The notes beneath the pieces were generated by a model that was given only the letters and a program-made list of their open reading frames with translations, had not been told where the DNA came from and did no database searches. This document shows, piece after piece, positions 1 through 9,484 of a DNA stretch of 17,021 nucleotides. Within the stretch, counting starts at the first letter, position 1. The number at the start of each line of letters is the position of its first letter. This stretch comes from an uncultured Erysipelotrichaceae bacterium (GTDB lineage: Bacteria > Bacillota_I > Bacilli_A > Erysipelotrichales > Erysipelotrichaceae). Made by a program: the position numbers and the translations under genes. The stretch lies in the NCBI GenBank assembly GCA_964457525.1, contig CAYWGS010000026.1:1-17021 (forward strand), given 5' to 3'.

Positions 1-1
1 T

Positions 2-1021
2 CACAAAATAGCAGTTGAATTAGTATTAGAAGCATTAGTTAAACACAATATTGTTTCAAGTTTAGATGAAATCAAGGGTGTTGGTCACCGTGTTGTGCAT
101 GGTGGCGAAAAATATGCAAGTTCTGTAGAAATTACACATGATGTAGAAAATGCAGTTATTGAATTATCTGAATTAGCACCATTACACAATCCTGCAAACA
201 TGGTTGGTTATCGTGCATTTAAGAAAGCATTACCAGGCGCAAGACACGTAGCAGTATTTGATACAGCTTTCCATCAAACAATGACTGATGATATTTATCT
301 ATATCCACTACCATACGAATACTATCAAGAGTATAAGATTCGTCGTTATGGTTTCCACGGAACATCTCATTTCTTTGTTTCAAACAGAGTGGCTCAATTG
401 ATGGGTAAAGATCCTAAGGATGTTAATATCATTACATGTCACTTAGGTAATGGAGCTTCATTATCCGCTGTTCAAGGTGGTAAATCTGTTAATACTTCAA
501 TGGGATTCACTCCATTAGCAGGTATTATGATGGGAACTCGTTCTGGGGATATTGACCCAGCAATCATCACATTCTTAATGCGTAAGACACATAAGACAGC
601 TGAAGAAGTTATCGATGTTCTAAATAAGAAATCCGGTATGTTAGGCGTCAGTGGTCTATCCAGTGATGCTCGTGATATTGATACCGCAATTCAAGAAGGC
701 AACGATCGTGCTGTATTAACGCGTAAGCTATATGCAAATCGTGTTGCACAAACTATTGGAAGTTACTTTGTTCAATTAGGTCACGTTGATGGTATCGTAT
801 TCACTGGTGGTTTAGGTGAAAATGACGTTGCGGTTCGTGCAAGTATTTTAGAACTTATTGAAGAAGCAATGCAAATTAAACTTGATTATGAACTAAATAG
901 TAAAGTTCGTGGTAAAGAAGTTTGCTTAAGTAAAGCAGATTCTAAAGTTCAAGTTTGGGTTGTTCCTACAAATGAAGAGCTTGTTATTGCTCAAGATACA
1001 GTAAATATTTTAGGTTTATAA
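2..1021 (+). CDS. ackA: Acetate kinase, 5'-truncated by the window edge
   Basis: The frame of ORF 95..1021 stays open back to base 2 (HKIAVELVLEALVKHNIVSSLDEIKGVGHRVVHGGEK...). Acetate kinase signatures are present: RYGFHGTSH, ITCHLGNGAS, GTRSGDIDP, FTGGLGEN, VVPTNEELVIA. Stop TAA at 1019-1021. Confidence 0.93.
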   Translation, partial: HKIAVELVLEALVKHNIVSSLDEIKGVGHRVVHGGEKYASSVEITHDVENAVIELSELAPLHNPANMVGYRAFKKALPGARHVAVFDTAFHQTMTDDIYLYPLPYEYYQEYKIRRYGFHGTSHFFVSNRVAQLMGKDPKDVNIITCHLGNGASLSAVQGGKSVNTSMGFTPLAGIMMGTRSGDIDPAIITFLMRKTHKTAEEVIDVLNKKSGMLGVSGLSSDARDIDTAIQEGNDRAVLTRKLYANRVAQTIGSYFVQLGHVDGIVFTGGLGENDVAVRASILELIEEAMQIKLDYELNSKVRGKEVCLSKADSKVQVWVVPTNEELVIAQDTVNILGL

Positions 1022-1022
1022 A

Positions 1023-1970
1023 ATGAAAATTATTCTTGATAAGATTGAAAATGCTCCGATAATTTGTGTTTTTCGTCATCAATCTCCTGATCCTGATGCT
1101 CTTGGCTCACAATTTGGACTTGTCAATTGGATCAAGGAGAATTATCCCGATAAACAAGTTTTCGCTATGGGTTGGCACAGAGGACAGTCTGCCAACCTTT
1201 TTGGCGAATATGAGACAGTTAGTGATGAAGTCGTTCGTTCGAGTTTAGCAATCATTCTAGACACTGCAAACAAAGCGAGAATTGATGATGATCGATTTGC
1301 ATTAGCATACGATTCAATTAAAATTGATCATCATCCTTTTACAGATCAATATGCGCATTATGAGTATATTGATGAATCTGCAGCAAGTACTTCAGAACTC
1401 ATATGTCGTCTTATTCGTACTAAATCTGAAGAAACATTAAGTACTCAAACAGCGACTTATCTGTATATGGGTATTTTGACCGATACACTTCGATTTTCGA
1501 CTCAATCAACAAATGCAAATACATTAAATTGTGCTGCATTCTTGGTCAATAGTCATTTGAATCTAAGCAAGATCAATGATGATTTATTTGGAATGGAGAC
1601 AAATGAATTCTTATTTTCAAACTATATTCGTCATCATGCGACCATTGAAGATAATGGTTTGGTTTATATAAAATTAGATCGAGATACATTGAAACGGTTA
1701 AATATAACAGCTGGACAAGCAAAGGAAAAAGTAAACGAATTGGGTTTGGTTCGATCATTCAAAATTTGGGCATTATTTATTGAACAAGAAGAAGATGGAT
1801 CTGTTCATTATAATGGAAGCATTCGTTCACGAGGATTAACCGTAAATGATATTGCGAAACGTTATAATGGTGGAGGACATCGCTTAGCAGCTGCTGTTAA
1901 GCAATTAGATAATACTCTTTTAGAATCATGTATCAATGATTTAAGATTACGAATAAAAGGAGAATTATGA
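1023..1970 (+). CDS. nrnA: Stand-alone DHH/DHHA1 phosphoesterase, NrnA-like nanoRNase / pAp phosphatase
   Basis: 315 aa. DHH motifs DPDALGS, ILDTAN, IDHHPF and GILTDT, plus DHHA1 motif GGGHRLAAA. ATG lies 1 nt after the ackA stop. The nrnA-near-dnaE arrangement is known from Bacillus. Confidence 0.8.
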   Translation: MKIILDKIENAPIICVFRHQSPDPDALGSQFGLVNWIKENYPDKQVFAMGWHRGQSANLFGEYETVSDEVVRSSLAIILDTANKARIDDDRFALAYDSIKIDHHPFTDQYAHYEYIDESAASTSELICRLIRTKSEETLSTQTATYLYMGILTDTLRFSTQSTNANTLNCAAFLVNSHLNLSKINDDLFGMETNEFLFSNYIRHHATIEDNGLVYIKLDRDTLKRLNITAGQAKEKVNELGLVRSFKIWALFIEQEEDGSVHYNGSIRSRGLTVNDIAKRYNGGGHRLAAAVKQLDNTLLESCINDLRLRIKGEL

Positions 1971-3613
1971 AAAATTTTAGTGGATTTGAAATGCCTAAAA
2001 CACTTAGAGCTCAAAGTCAAACTCAGTCTTTGATTCGAGCTTTTATTATTTTAGCAATAATTGCTTTTGTTGTAGATTATGTTACATTACCTGCATATAA
2101 CTATCATGATGTTGGTTTTATTACACTTATCGTTATTTATTTATTCATTTTTGGAAGTCTGTACTCTGCATTTTCACATCGTTTTGATTTAATAACAAGA
2201 GGATCTTATACACTAGCGTTCTTATTAATTGCATTTATGATCGTCATGTCTTTATTAAGTAGTGAAATGTTAAACGCTAAAAAATATCGTAATCAAATTA
2301 AAATTACGGACACAAGCGATTTTAGTAATCAGTTTAATGCGATAGATATAAATAAGATGCCTTTAGTTGATCAAGATACAGCAAAGCAATTAGGTGACAA
2401 ACAAATTGGTCGAGTTCAAGGTTTAGGTTCTCAATTTGATATTAGTAATGAGTATTTGCTAATAAATATAAAGGATACGGTTTATCGTGTATCTAGTTTA
2501 GAATACCAAGACTTCTATAAATGGATTCAAAATCGTAATATTGGTGTTCCTTCCTATGTTTCTGTAAATGTAAACGATCCGACTGATGTAGAACTCATTG
2601 ATCTCAAAGAGGGTATGAAGTATGTTCCTTCTGCATTCTTTAACGAAGACTTATTACGTCATGTTCGATTTAAATATCGTAATGAAATGTTTGAAAGTAT
2701 GAACTTTGAAATTGATGATGCAGGTAACCCATACTACATTATTACATATAAAGAACCAACGATTGGTTGGTTTGGTGGTTGGGATACAACTGGATTAATT
2801 GTTGTAAATGCAGTGAATGGAGAGATGGAAAAGTATTCAGTTGATGAAGCGCCTGATTGGATTGACCATATACAATCCGCTAATCTTGCATGGTATCAAA
2901 TTGATAATTGGGGTTATTATGTAAATGGTTGGTTTAATACTTTGTTTGGACAAAAAGATATGATTCAAACAACAGATGGATTTAACTATGTTTCTATTGG
3001 TGATGAAATTTATATATTCTCTGGTTTAACTTCTGTTGGAAGTGATCGATCAATTGTAGGTTTTTCACTAATTAACTTAAGCAACAAAGAAGCGACCTAT
3101 ATTAAGGTTGGTGGTGCAGATGAATATTCCGCAATGAATTCTGCCGTTGGACAGGTACAGCATTTAAACTATACATCTACGTTCCCAATTTTACTTAATA
3201 TCGATGGTTTACCGACGTACTTCATGGCTCTAAAAGATTATGAAGGATTAGTAAAACTGTATGCAATGGTAAGTGTACAGGATTATTCAATTGTAGGTGT
3301 AGGTTCAACGGTTGAAGAAACTAAAGAATCATATTCTAAACAACTTCTTGAAAAGAATTTAATTGATGAAGTCGATAATGTAGAAAATAGAGTTAGTGGA
3401 ATCGTTCAATCTATTACTAGTACGATAATCGATGGAACAACTCAATACTACATGATCTTAGAAGGTAGTGATATATTATATGTCGCATCTTCTGACTTAA
3501 GTGTTGAACTTGCGTTAACCAAAGCATTGGATTCTGTTGATCTAAATGTATCATTGATCAGTCAAAATGTAATGGAAGTCAATGAGTTTGATAATTTAAA
3601 CTATAACTATTAG
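1967..3613 (+). CDS. Uncharacterised membrane-anchored protein: three N-terminal TM helices plus a ~450-aa extracytoplasmic domain
   Basis: 548-aa ORF. SD AAGGAG at 1957-1962. ATGA start/stop overlap with nrnA. Hydrophobic helices at about aa 22-42, 50-70 and 80-100, followed by a Trp/Tyr/Asn-rich domain. Followed by an intrinsic terminator. I recognise no family motif. Confidence 0.85.
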   Translation: MKNFSGFEMPKTLRAQSQTQSLIRAFIILAIIAFVVDYVTLPAYNYHDVGFITLIVIYLFIFGSLYSAFSHRFDLITRGSYTLAFLLIAFMIVMSLLSSEMLNAKKYRNQIKITDTSDFSNQFNAIDINKMPLVDQDTAKQLGDKQIGRVQGLGSQFDISNEYLLINIKDTVYRVSSLEYQDFYKWIQNRNIGVPSYVSVNVNDPTDVELIDLKEGMKYVPSAFFNEDLLRHVRFKYRNEMFESMNFEIDDAGNPYYIITYKEPTIGWFGGWDTTGLIVVNAVNGEMEKYSVDEAPDWIDHIQSANLAWYQIDNWGYYVNGWFNTLFGQKDMIQTTDGFNYVSIGDEIYIFSGLTSVGSDRSIVGFSLINLSNKEATYIKVGGADEYSAMNSAVGQVQHLNYTSTFPILLNIDGLPTYFMALKDYEGLVKLYAMVSVQDYSIVGVGSTVEETKESYSKQLLEKNLIDEVDNVENRVSGIVQSITSTIIDGTTQYYMILEGSDILYVASSDLSVELALTKALDSVDLNVSLISQNVMEVNEFDNLNYNY

Positions 3614-3637
3614 AACAGCGTTGCTGTTCTTTTTATT
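3612..3637 (+). terminator. Rho-independent terminator of the ackA-nrnA-ORF548 unit
   Basis: Stem GAACAGC (3613-3619) / GCTGTTC (3623-3629), 3-nt loop GTT, then TTTTTATT. It overlaps the TAG stop at 3611-3613. Confidence 0.8.
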
Positions 3638-3645
3638 AGGAGCTT

Positions 3646-3654
3646 TGGTATAAT
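3646..3654 (+). promoter_or_regulatory. Extended -10 promoter (TGgTATAAT) for dnaE
   Basis: TGGTATAAT at 3646-3654, about 18 nt upstream of SD GAAAGGTGG (3672-3680). No good -35 hexamer, which is consistent with an extended -10 promoter. Confidence 0.55.
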
Positions 3655-3685
3655 AGATACAATCATAGATAGAAAGGTGGACTCA

Positions 3686-6600
3686 ATGAGTACTCATCTT
3701 TGTGTAAGAAGTGCTTATTCATTATTAAACGGTACGATGACAGTCCAAAAGATTGTTCATCAAGCAAAAGAACTCGGATTTGAATCTGTCGCATTAACAG
3801 ATGTGAATACAATGCACGGAGTTATGGAGTTCGTTTTAGAGTGTAAAAAAGTAAATATAAAACCTATTATTGGTCTTGAAATATCGGTTAGTTATAGTGA
3901 ATATAATTTTCCTTTATTGTGTTTAGCAAAAAATGACTTAGGCTATAAAGCATTATTCAAATTATCAAGCTTAGTAAATACCGAATCAAAAGTTATAGAT
4001 ATTCAAACAGTTCTTGAATTTCAAAATAATCTTTTTCTTATACTTTACTCAGATCATAGTTTATTTGACCAATCCTTACTCAATGGAAATGATAAAGATA
4101 TTGAGGAATTAGCTCGTAAACTTTGGAGATTACTTCCAAATCTTATTCTTGGCATAAGTCGCCAAGAAGATCGTTTTACTTCTAAACAAAATCAACGATT
4201 AAGAACAATATTAAATCAATTATCCGTACAAACTACCGCATGTCATCGAGTTTATTATGCCGAAGCTGAAGAAGATGAAAACCTAAGAGTGTTAAGAGCA
4301 ATTGATAAACAAATGCTTTTATCGGACAAGAATTTAGTTAAAGAAAGTTTTAGATACTTTTTATCAGATGACGAGATGCTTAAACTCTATGGTAAAGAAG
4401 ATTGTCAGATGAGTGATACGATTGCGTCTCAATGTGATTTGAAATGGGAATCTCAAAAGACATATTTACCAAAGTTTGATACACCAAAAGGGATTAGTTC
4501 ATCTCAATACTTAACACAGCTCTGTTTAGCAGGTCTTGAGAAACGGCTTGAAGGGAATGAGTCTATTGGGGCTTATCGTGCTCGATTAAAAAGTGAATTG
4601 GATGTTATTGTGTCAATGCAATATGAAGATTATTTTCTTATTGTTTGGGATTTTATCCGATTTGCTAAAACACAGAACATCTATGTTGGACCAGGAAGAG
4701 GATCTGCAGCAGGATCACTTGTTTCCTATTGTTTAGGTATCACACATGTTGATCCCTTAAAGTATGATTTACTATTTGAACGATTCTTAAATCCTGAACG
4801 TATCTCATTACCAGATATTGATACTGACTTTCCAGATAATCGAAGAGATGAAGTTATTCAATATGTACTTAATAAATATGGTAAAGAACATGTAGCACAT
4901 ATCTCTACCTTTGGTACACTTGCGGCTAAACAGGTTTTACGTGATGTTGGTCGTGTGATGGAAATAAGTGTACGTGATTTAGATTCGATAAGTAAAACGA
5001 TACCCAATACTTTAAAAATCACTTTAGCTCAAGCATATAATCAAAGTGATCGTTTTAGACAACTTATAAACTCAGATGAACGTTATCAAAAACTCTTTAA
5101 AATAGCCTCTGCATTAGAAGGACTACCAAGACATATTTCAACACATGCGGCTGGTATTGTAATGAGTAGTGTTAATCTATCTGAAGTTGTTCCAATGATA
5201 CAAATTGAATCCGATATGTTATCCACTCAATTTACAATGGAGTATCTTGAGTCATTAGGACTTATTAAAATGGATTTCTTAGGATTAAGGAACTTAACCA
5301 TTATTGATGAAGTTGTACAAGCTATCCAAAAAGAAAAGAATATATCGCTTAATATCTTGAAAGTACCACTTGATGATAGAAAGACACTATCATTGGTTCA
5401 TAACGTCGATACCGTAGGAATATTCCAACTTGAATCTGAAGGAATGAAAAACTTACTAAGACAAATGAAAGCGACTCGATTTGAAGATATTGTTGCGACG
5501 ATTGCTTTATTTAGACCAGGTCCTATGGAGAATATTCCTGAGTATATCAATGCTAAAGAGAAACCAAGCGAAATTCGATATATAGTGCCTGAACTTAAAC
5601 CAATTGTAGAATCTACATATGGCATCATGATTTATCAAGAACAAATCATGCAAGTTGCTCAAAAGTTAGCAGGTTTTTCTCTCGCAAAAGCGGATTTATT
5701 AAGAAAAGCGATGAGCAAGAAAAATGCGAATGAATTAACCAAACTGGAACAAGCATTTATTCAAGGTTGTGTTAAGAATAACTATCCGGAAACAATCGCG
5801 AAAGAGATCTATAACTTAATATTTAAGTTTGCGAATTATGGATTTAATAAATCACACAGTGTTGCCTATGCAATGATTTCATATCAAATGGCATATCTCA
5901 AAGCAAACCATCCTGATTATTTCTTTGTTGCACTACTTAATAGTGTTATAGGAAGTGAAGGGAAGACATTCGAGTATCTTCAAGAAGCAAAGAATCATAA
6001 TGTAGGCATTCTAGGTCCTTCGGTCAATAAAAGTAGGGATCGTTATTATCTAGACAATGATTCAATTCGCTTTCCTTTACAAATCATTAAAGGGATTGGA
6101 ACGGTATTAAGTAAAGAAATATTATTAGAACAACATAAAGGAATATTCAAAGATTATTATGATTTCGTAGTTAGAATGAATACACATCGTATCTCAAAAG
6201 TAAATTTTGAATCATTGATTGATGCAGGTGCACTGGATGAGTTTAATCTAAGTCGTAATACAATGAAGGCTTCATTACAAGATGCACTGAATTACGCAGA
6301 TATGATAAAAATAGAGAAGAACCAACAAATTTCAATTGATACATCTCTTGTAAAACCACTTGATTTAATTGTAGTGCCTGATCATGCATTAGAACGTGTT
6401 GAGAATGAAAGAGCAGTTATTGGGTTCTATTTGAGTGATCATCCATTAATTTATATTAAGAAGAAGTATAATAACCTAAATTCTATAGCATTATTAAACA
6501 TATCTAATACTAATCAAAGTTTTATCGCAATGATTAAAAAAATTAAACAACATCGTACTAAAACAGGCAGTTTAATGGCTTTTATTCAAGTGTATGATGA

Positions 6601-6748
6601 AAGTGGAGATATGGATTGTGTGCTTATGCCGAATCAATATCAAATGATTGCGGATCAATTAAAGATTAATGCTTTGGTAAAAGTTGAAGGATTAGTTGAA
6701 AAAGAAAAGTCGTGTTTAGTTAAAAAGATTGATATGATAGAACGATAA
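3686..6748 (+). CDS. dnaE: DNA polymerase III alpha subunit, DnaE type
   Basis: N-terminal PHP domain (HLCVRSAYSLLNG). Motifs GPGRGSAAGSLVSYCLGIT, palm aspartates PDIDTDF and KMDFLGLRNLT, GIFQLES, RPGPM, IYQEQIMQ, GFNKSHSVAYA, and a C-terminal OB region. I prefer ATG 3686 (5 nt after the SD) over the ORF-track GTG 3677, which lies inside the SD. Confidence 0.95.
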   Translation: MSTHLCVRSAYSLLNGTMTVQKIVHQAKELGFESVALTDVNTMHGVMEFVLECKKVNIKPIIGLEISVSYSEYNFPLLCLAKNDLGYKALFKLSSLVNTESKVIDIQTVLEFQNNLFLILYSDHSLFDQSLLNGNDKDIEELARKLWRLLPNLILGISRQEDRFTSKQNQRLRTILNQLSVQTTACHRVYYAEAEEDENLRVLRAIDKQMLLSDKNLVKESFRYFLSDDEMLKLYGKEDCQMSDTIASQCDLKWESQKTYLPKFDTPKGISSSQYLTQLCLAGLEKRLEGNESIGAYRARLKSELDVIVSMQYEDYFLIVWDFIRFAKTQNIYVGPGRGSAAGSLVSYCLGITHVDPLKYDLLFERFLNPERISLPDIDTDFPDNRRDEVIQYVLNKYGKEHVAHISTFGTLAAKQVLRDVGRVMEISVRDLDSISKTIPNTLKITLAQAYNQSDRFRQLINSDERYQKLFKIASALEGLPRHISTHAAGIVMSSVNLSEVVPMIQIESDMLSTQFTMEYLESLGLIKMDFLGLRNLTIIDEVVQAIQKEKNISLNILKVPLDDRKTLSLVHNVDTVGIFQLESEGMKNLLRQMKATRFEDIVATIALFRPGPMENIPEYINAKEKPSEIRYIVPELKPIVESTYGIMIYQEQIMQVAQKLAGFSLAKADLLRKAMSKKNANELTKLEQAFIQGCVKNNYPETIAKEIYNLIFKFANYGFNKSHSVAYAMISYQMAYLKANHPDYFFVALLNSVIGSEGKTFEYLQEAKNHNVGILGPSVNKSRDRYYLDNDSIRFPLQIIKGIGTVLSKEILLEQHKGIFKDYYDFVVRMNTHRISKVNFESLIDAGALDEFNLSRNTMKASLQDALNYADMIKIEKNQQISIDTSLVKPLDLIVVPDHALERVENERAVIGFYLSDHPLIYIKKKYNNLNSIALLNISNTNQSFIAMIKKIKQHRTKTGSLMAFIQVYDESGDMDCVLMPNQYQMIADQLKINALVKVEGLVEKEKSCLVKKIDMIER

Positions 6749-6758
6749 GGAGGACATT

Positions 6759-7424
6759 ATGGCTAAATTACTAATCGTAGATGATGAAGCAAAGATTAGA
6801 GAAGTGGTTAAAGAATATGCCATGTTAATGCATGAATATGAGGTTGAAGAAGCTGAAAATGGTCATGTTGCACTACAAATGGTGAATCAAAATGATTATG
6901 ATTTAATCGTTTTAGATATTATGATGCCTGTAATGGATGGATTTACTGCGTGTAGAGAAATCAAAAAAATTAAAAACATTCCTGTAATCATGTTATCCGC
7001 TCGAGATGAAGAGTATGATAAATTGCATGGCTTTGATTTAGGTGTCGATGATTATGTTGTTAAACCATTTAGTCCTAAAGAATTAATGGCACGGATTAAT
7101 GCGGTTCTTAAGCGGAATACAGACAAAGAGCATAATAAATATCAGTTTGAAGGACTTGAAGTTGATATTGATGCTAGAGATGTCTATATCAATAAACAAA
7201 AGATAACATTGACTCCAAAAGAGTTTGATTTGTTGGTTTACTTAATAAAGAACAAAAATACAGCTATAAATCGTGAGATTTTATTAGAGAAGGTATGGAA
7301 TTATTCTTATTTTGGAGATGATCGTACTGTAGATACACATATCAAGATGTTAAGACATAATTTAAAAGAATATCGTAAGTTTATTGTAACGGTTAGAGGA
7401 ACGGGGTATAAGTTTGAAATTTGA
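6759..7424 (+). CDS. OmpR/PhoB-family two-component response regulator
   Basis: Receiver residues DDE, LDIMMP (phospho-Asp), MLSA and VVKPF. C-terminal winged helix: RTVDTHIKMLRHNL ... VRGTGYKF. SD AAGGAGG at 6747-6753. Confidence 0.93.
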   Translation: MAKLLIVDDEAKIREVVKEYAMLMHEYEVEEAENGHVALQMVNQNDYDLIVLDIMMPVMDGFTACREIKKIKNIPVIMLSARDEEYDKLHGFDLGVDDYVVKPFSPKELMARINAVLKRNTDKEHNKYQFEGLEVDIDARDVYINKQKITLTPKEFDLLVYLIKNKNTAINREILLEKVWNYSYFGDDRTVDTHIKMLRHNLKEYRKFIVTVRGTGYKFEI

Positions 7425-8850
7425 TTTTCGAAATATACGATTTAAGACATGGCTTTATTTTTTCACCTTAATGTTAGGTGTTTTAGTCATGTTGTGGGTG
7501 ATGCAAATCGTATTATTAAGTGCTTATTTCAAAGAAATGAAGATCAATCAAGTTAAAGATGTTTCAGTCATCATTGAAGATAGCATTAAAGAAAATAGAT
7601 TTAGTTTAAAGGTACATATTGGTGCTGTTCAGAATAATGTCTGTGGTTTAGTTTACAACAATAAAGGGCAACTACTCTATCAAGTTGATGCTTTAGGTTT
7701 GGGTTGTATCTTAAATTCAAATGCGATTGGATTTACTCAGAAAATAGAAAACTATACGAATTTAGTTGATAATTCAAATGAAGGTGAATTCTCTTTAACG
7801 GTTTATAACTCTGTCATTCAACAGGATATGATTATCTATGGGAAAAAAATTAGTTTACCTTTGGGTTCATATTACATCTTCTTAAATTCAAGTTTATTAC
7901 CAATTGATTCAACCATTTCCATCCTTCAACAACAATTCATCTATGTAACAGTAATTGTATTTATCTTGTTTAGTATCGTTTCATTAATTATTTCGAGCCG
8001 TTTATCTAAACCGATTATTAATTTGAAGAAAGAAACGATCAAATTGGCTCATGGTGATTATGATGTTCATTTCCAAAGTGGTGAATTTACTGAATTTACA
8101 GAATTAGCTGAGACTCTAAATTATACCACTGGTCAGCTAAAGAAGATGGATGAATTAAGAAAAGATTTAATCGCAAACGTATCTCATGATATAAAAACAC
8201 CATTAACCATGATTAAAGCGTATGCAGAAATGATTAAGGATATATCAGGTGATAATAAAAAGAAGAGAGAAGAACATTTAAATGTAATTTTAGATGAAGT
8301 TACACATCTTGATCATTTAGTTCAAGATATGACTCAACTTTCTCAATTTCAATCAAATGCTTTAAATTTACAATTGAAGAATTTTAATCTTGTTGATTTA
8401 GTTAATGAATCCTTACGTTTACTCGATGGTTTAATTCAATCAGAAAAGATTAAAGTACAGGTCTACTCACCGATTGAGGTTATTGTCGTAGGTGATCCTT
8501 TAAAAATAAAACAAGTACTTATAAACTTTATGAATAATGCCATAAAGTTTATTGGTAAAGATAAACAACTCATTATTCAAGTGTTATGTGAAGAAGAAGT
8601 GGTAAGAGTTGAAGTCATTGACCATGGTATTGGTATTGCGGAAGAAGATATTGCTTATATCTGGGATCGATATTACAAGATTGATAAACATCATCATCGT
8701 AATGTGGCTGGTACAGGTTTAGGCTTAAGTATCGCATCCGCTATCTTAAAGAGTCATGGGTATCAATATGGAGTTATTAGTAAATTAAATCAAGGAAGTG
8801 TTTTTTGGTTCGAAATGAAGTATGCTAAAAAACCATCACATGTCTTATGA
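7414..8850 (+). CDS. Membrane sensor histidine kinase (two TM helices, ~130-aa ectodomain, HAMP, HisKA, HATPase_c)
   Basis: H-box ANVSHDIKTPLT, N-box LINFMNNAIKF, G1 DHGIGI, G2 GTGLGLSI. TM helices at about aa 13-39 and 172-195. TTG start overlaps the regulator's 3' end by 11 nt; no in-frame ATG precedes TM1. Confidence 0.9.
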   Translation: MKFDFRNIRFKTWLYFFTLMLGVLVMLWVMQIVLLSAYFKEMKINQVKDVSVIIEDSIKENRFSLKVHIGAVQNNVCGLVYNNKGQLLYQVDALGLGCILNSNAIGFTQKIENYTNLVDNSNEGEFSLTVYNSVIQQDMIIYGKKISLPLGSYYIFLNSSLLPIDSTISILQQQFIYVTVIVFILFSIVSLIISSRLSKPIINLKKETIKLAHGDYDVHFQSGEFTEFTELAETLNYTTGQLKKMDELRKDLIANVSHDIKTPLTMIKAYAEMIKDISGDNKKKREEHLNVILDEVTHLDHLVQDMTQLSQFQSNALNLQLKNFNLVDLVNESLRLLDGLIQSEKIKVQVYSPIEVIVVGDPLKIKQVLINFMNNAIKFIGKDKQLIIQVLCEEEVVRVEVIDHGIGIAEEDIAYIWDRYYKIDKHHHRNVAGTGLGLSIASAILKSHGYQYGVISKLNQGSVFWFEMKYAKKPSHVL

Positions 8851-9482
8851 GAACAATGGATTATATACCAAATACAGACTTAAAGTTAATGCAAGATACG
8901 AATCACTTTAAGATGACATCCGATTCAATTCACTTATGCGAATTCTTGAACATACGAAAAAATGATAAGGTACTGGATGTAGGATGCAATAATGGAGTAA
9001 TTGCGTTATATTCGAAGTTAAAGACACATAATTTATGTGTTGGGATAGATATTAACGAAGAAGCGATCGAATTAGCAAAAGAAAATATTAAGTTAAATGA
9101 TTTGAATAATATAGAATTTTATTGTTCAAGATTACAAGATTTTAATGGTTTAAACTTTGATTTAATTAGTTGTAATCCACCTTATCATAAAGATGATACA
9201 CAAACGGATTACGCTAATTTTGATGGTACTTTAACGCTTGATGAACTAGCTCAACATGCTTTTCCTTTATTAAAGGATAAAGGTAGATGTTCGATCGTTA
9301 TAAAGGCTGAGCGATTATCTGAAGCGATTACGATTTTTAATTCATATCGATTTGGTTTAAAACGTATTCGATTTATACATCATAGTATTAAACATAAAGC
9401 GAGTAGTGTTTGTTTAGAGTTTATTAAGAATGGCGTTGAACAAACAATCGTTGAAGCACCGATTATAAATGTAGGAGAATAG
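8847..9482 (+). CDS. SAM-dependent methyltransferase with NPPY motif, TrmN6/YfiC-like (tRNA m6A37 family)
   Basis: SAM motif I VLDVGCNNGVIAL. Motif IV SCNPPYH. The N-terminal MTSDSIHLCEFL resembles the YfiC family. ATGA overlap with the kinase stop. The exact substrate is not determinable from sequence. Confidence 0.7.
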   Translation: MRTMDYIPNTDLKLMQDTNHFKMTSDSIHLCEFLNIRKNDKVLDVGCNNGVIALYSKLKTHNLCVGIDINEEAIELAKENIKLNDLNNIEFYCSRLQDFNGLNFDLISCNPPYHKDDTQTDYANFDGTLTLDELAQHAFPLLKDKGRCSIVIKAERLSEAITIFNSYRFGLKRIRFIHHSIKHKASSVCLEFIKNGVEQTIVEAPIINVGE

Positions 9483-9484
9483 GT

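Noticed and set aside
1066-1758. ORFs 1066..1248 (+) and 1573..1758 (-) inside nrnA.
   Set aside because: They are out of frame or antisense to a gene with intact DHH/DHHA1 motifs. They lack an SD and have Leu/Ile-rich composition typical of AT-rich shadow frames.
3677-3685. ORF-track GTG starts extending dnaE (3677) and rplU (10298) at the N-terminus.
   Set aside because: Both GTGs lie inside the Shine-Dalgarno sequence itself. The downstream ATGs (3686 and 10307) have correct SD spacing and give the canonical N-termini.
5398-5628. Antisense 76-aa ORF inside dnaE.
   Set aside because: It overlaps the highly conserved GIFQLES/RPGPM region of DnaE. There is no SD or promoter, so it is a shadow ORF.
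1968-8850. Possibility of Mollicute-style TGA=Trp recoding, given the AT-richness.
   Set aside because: TGA ends nrnA (1968-1970), the regulator (7422-7424), the kinase (8848-8850), DUF554 and murG at family-appropriate lengths. Conserved Trp positions use TGG.
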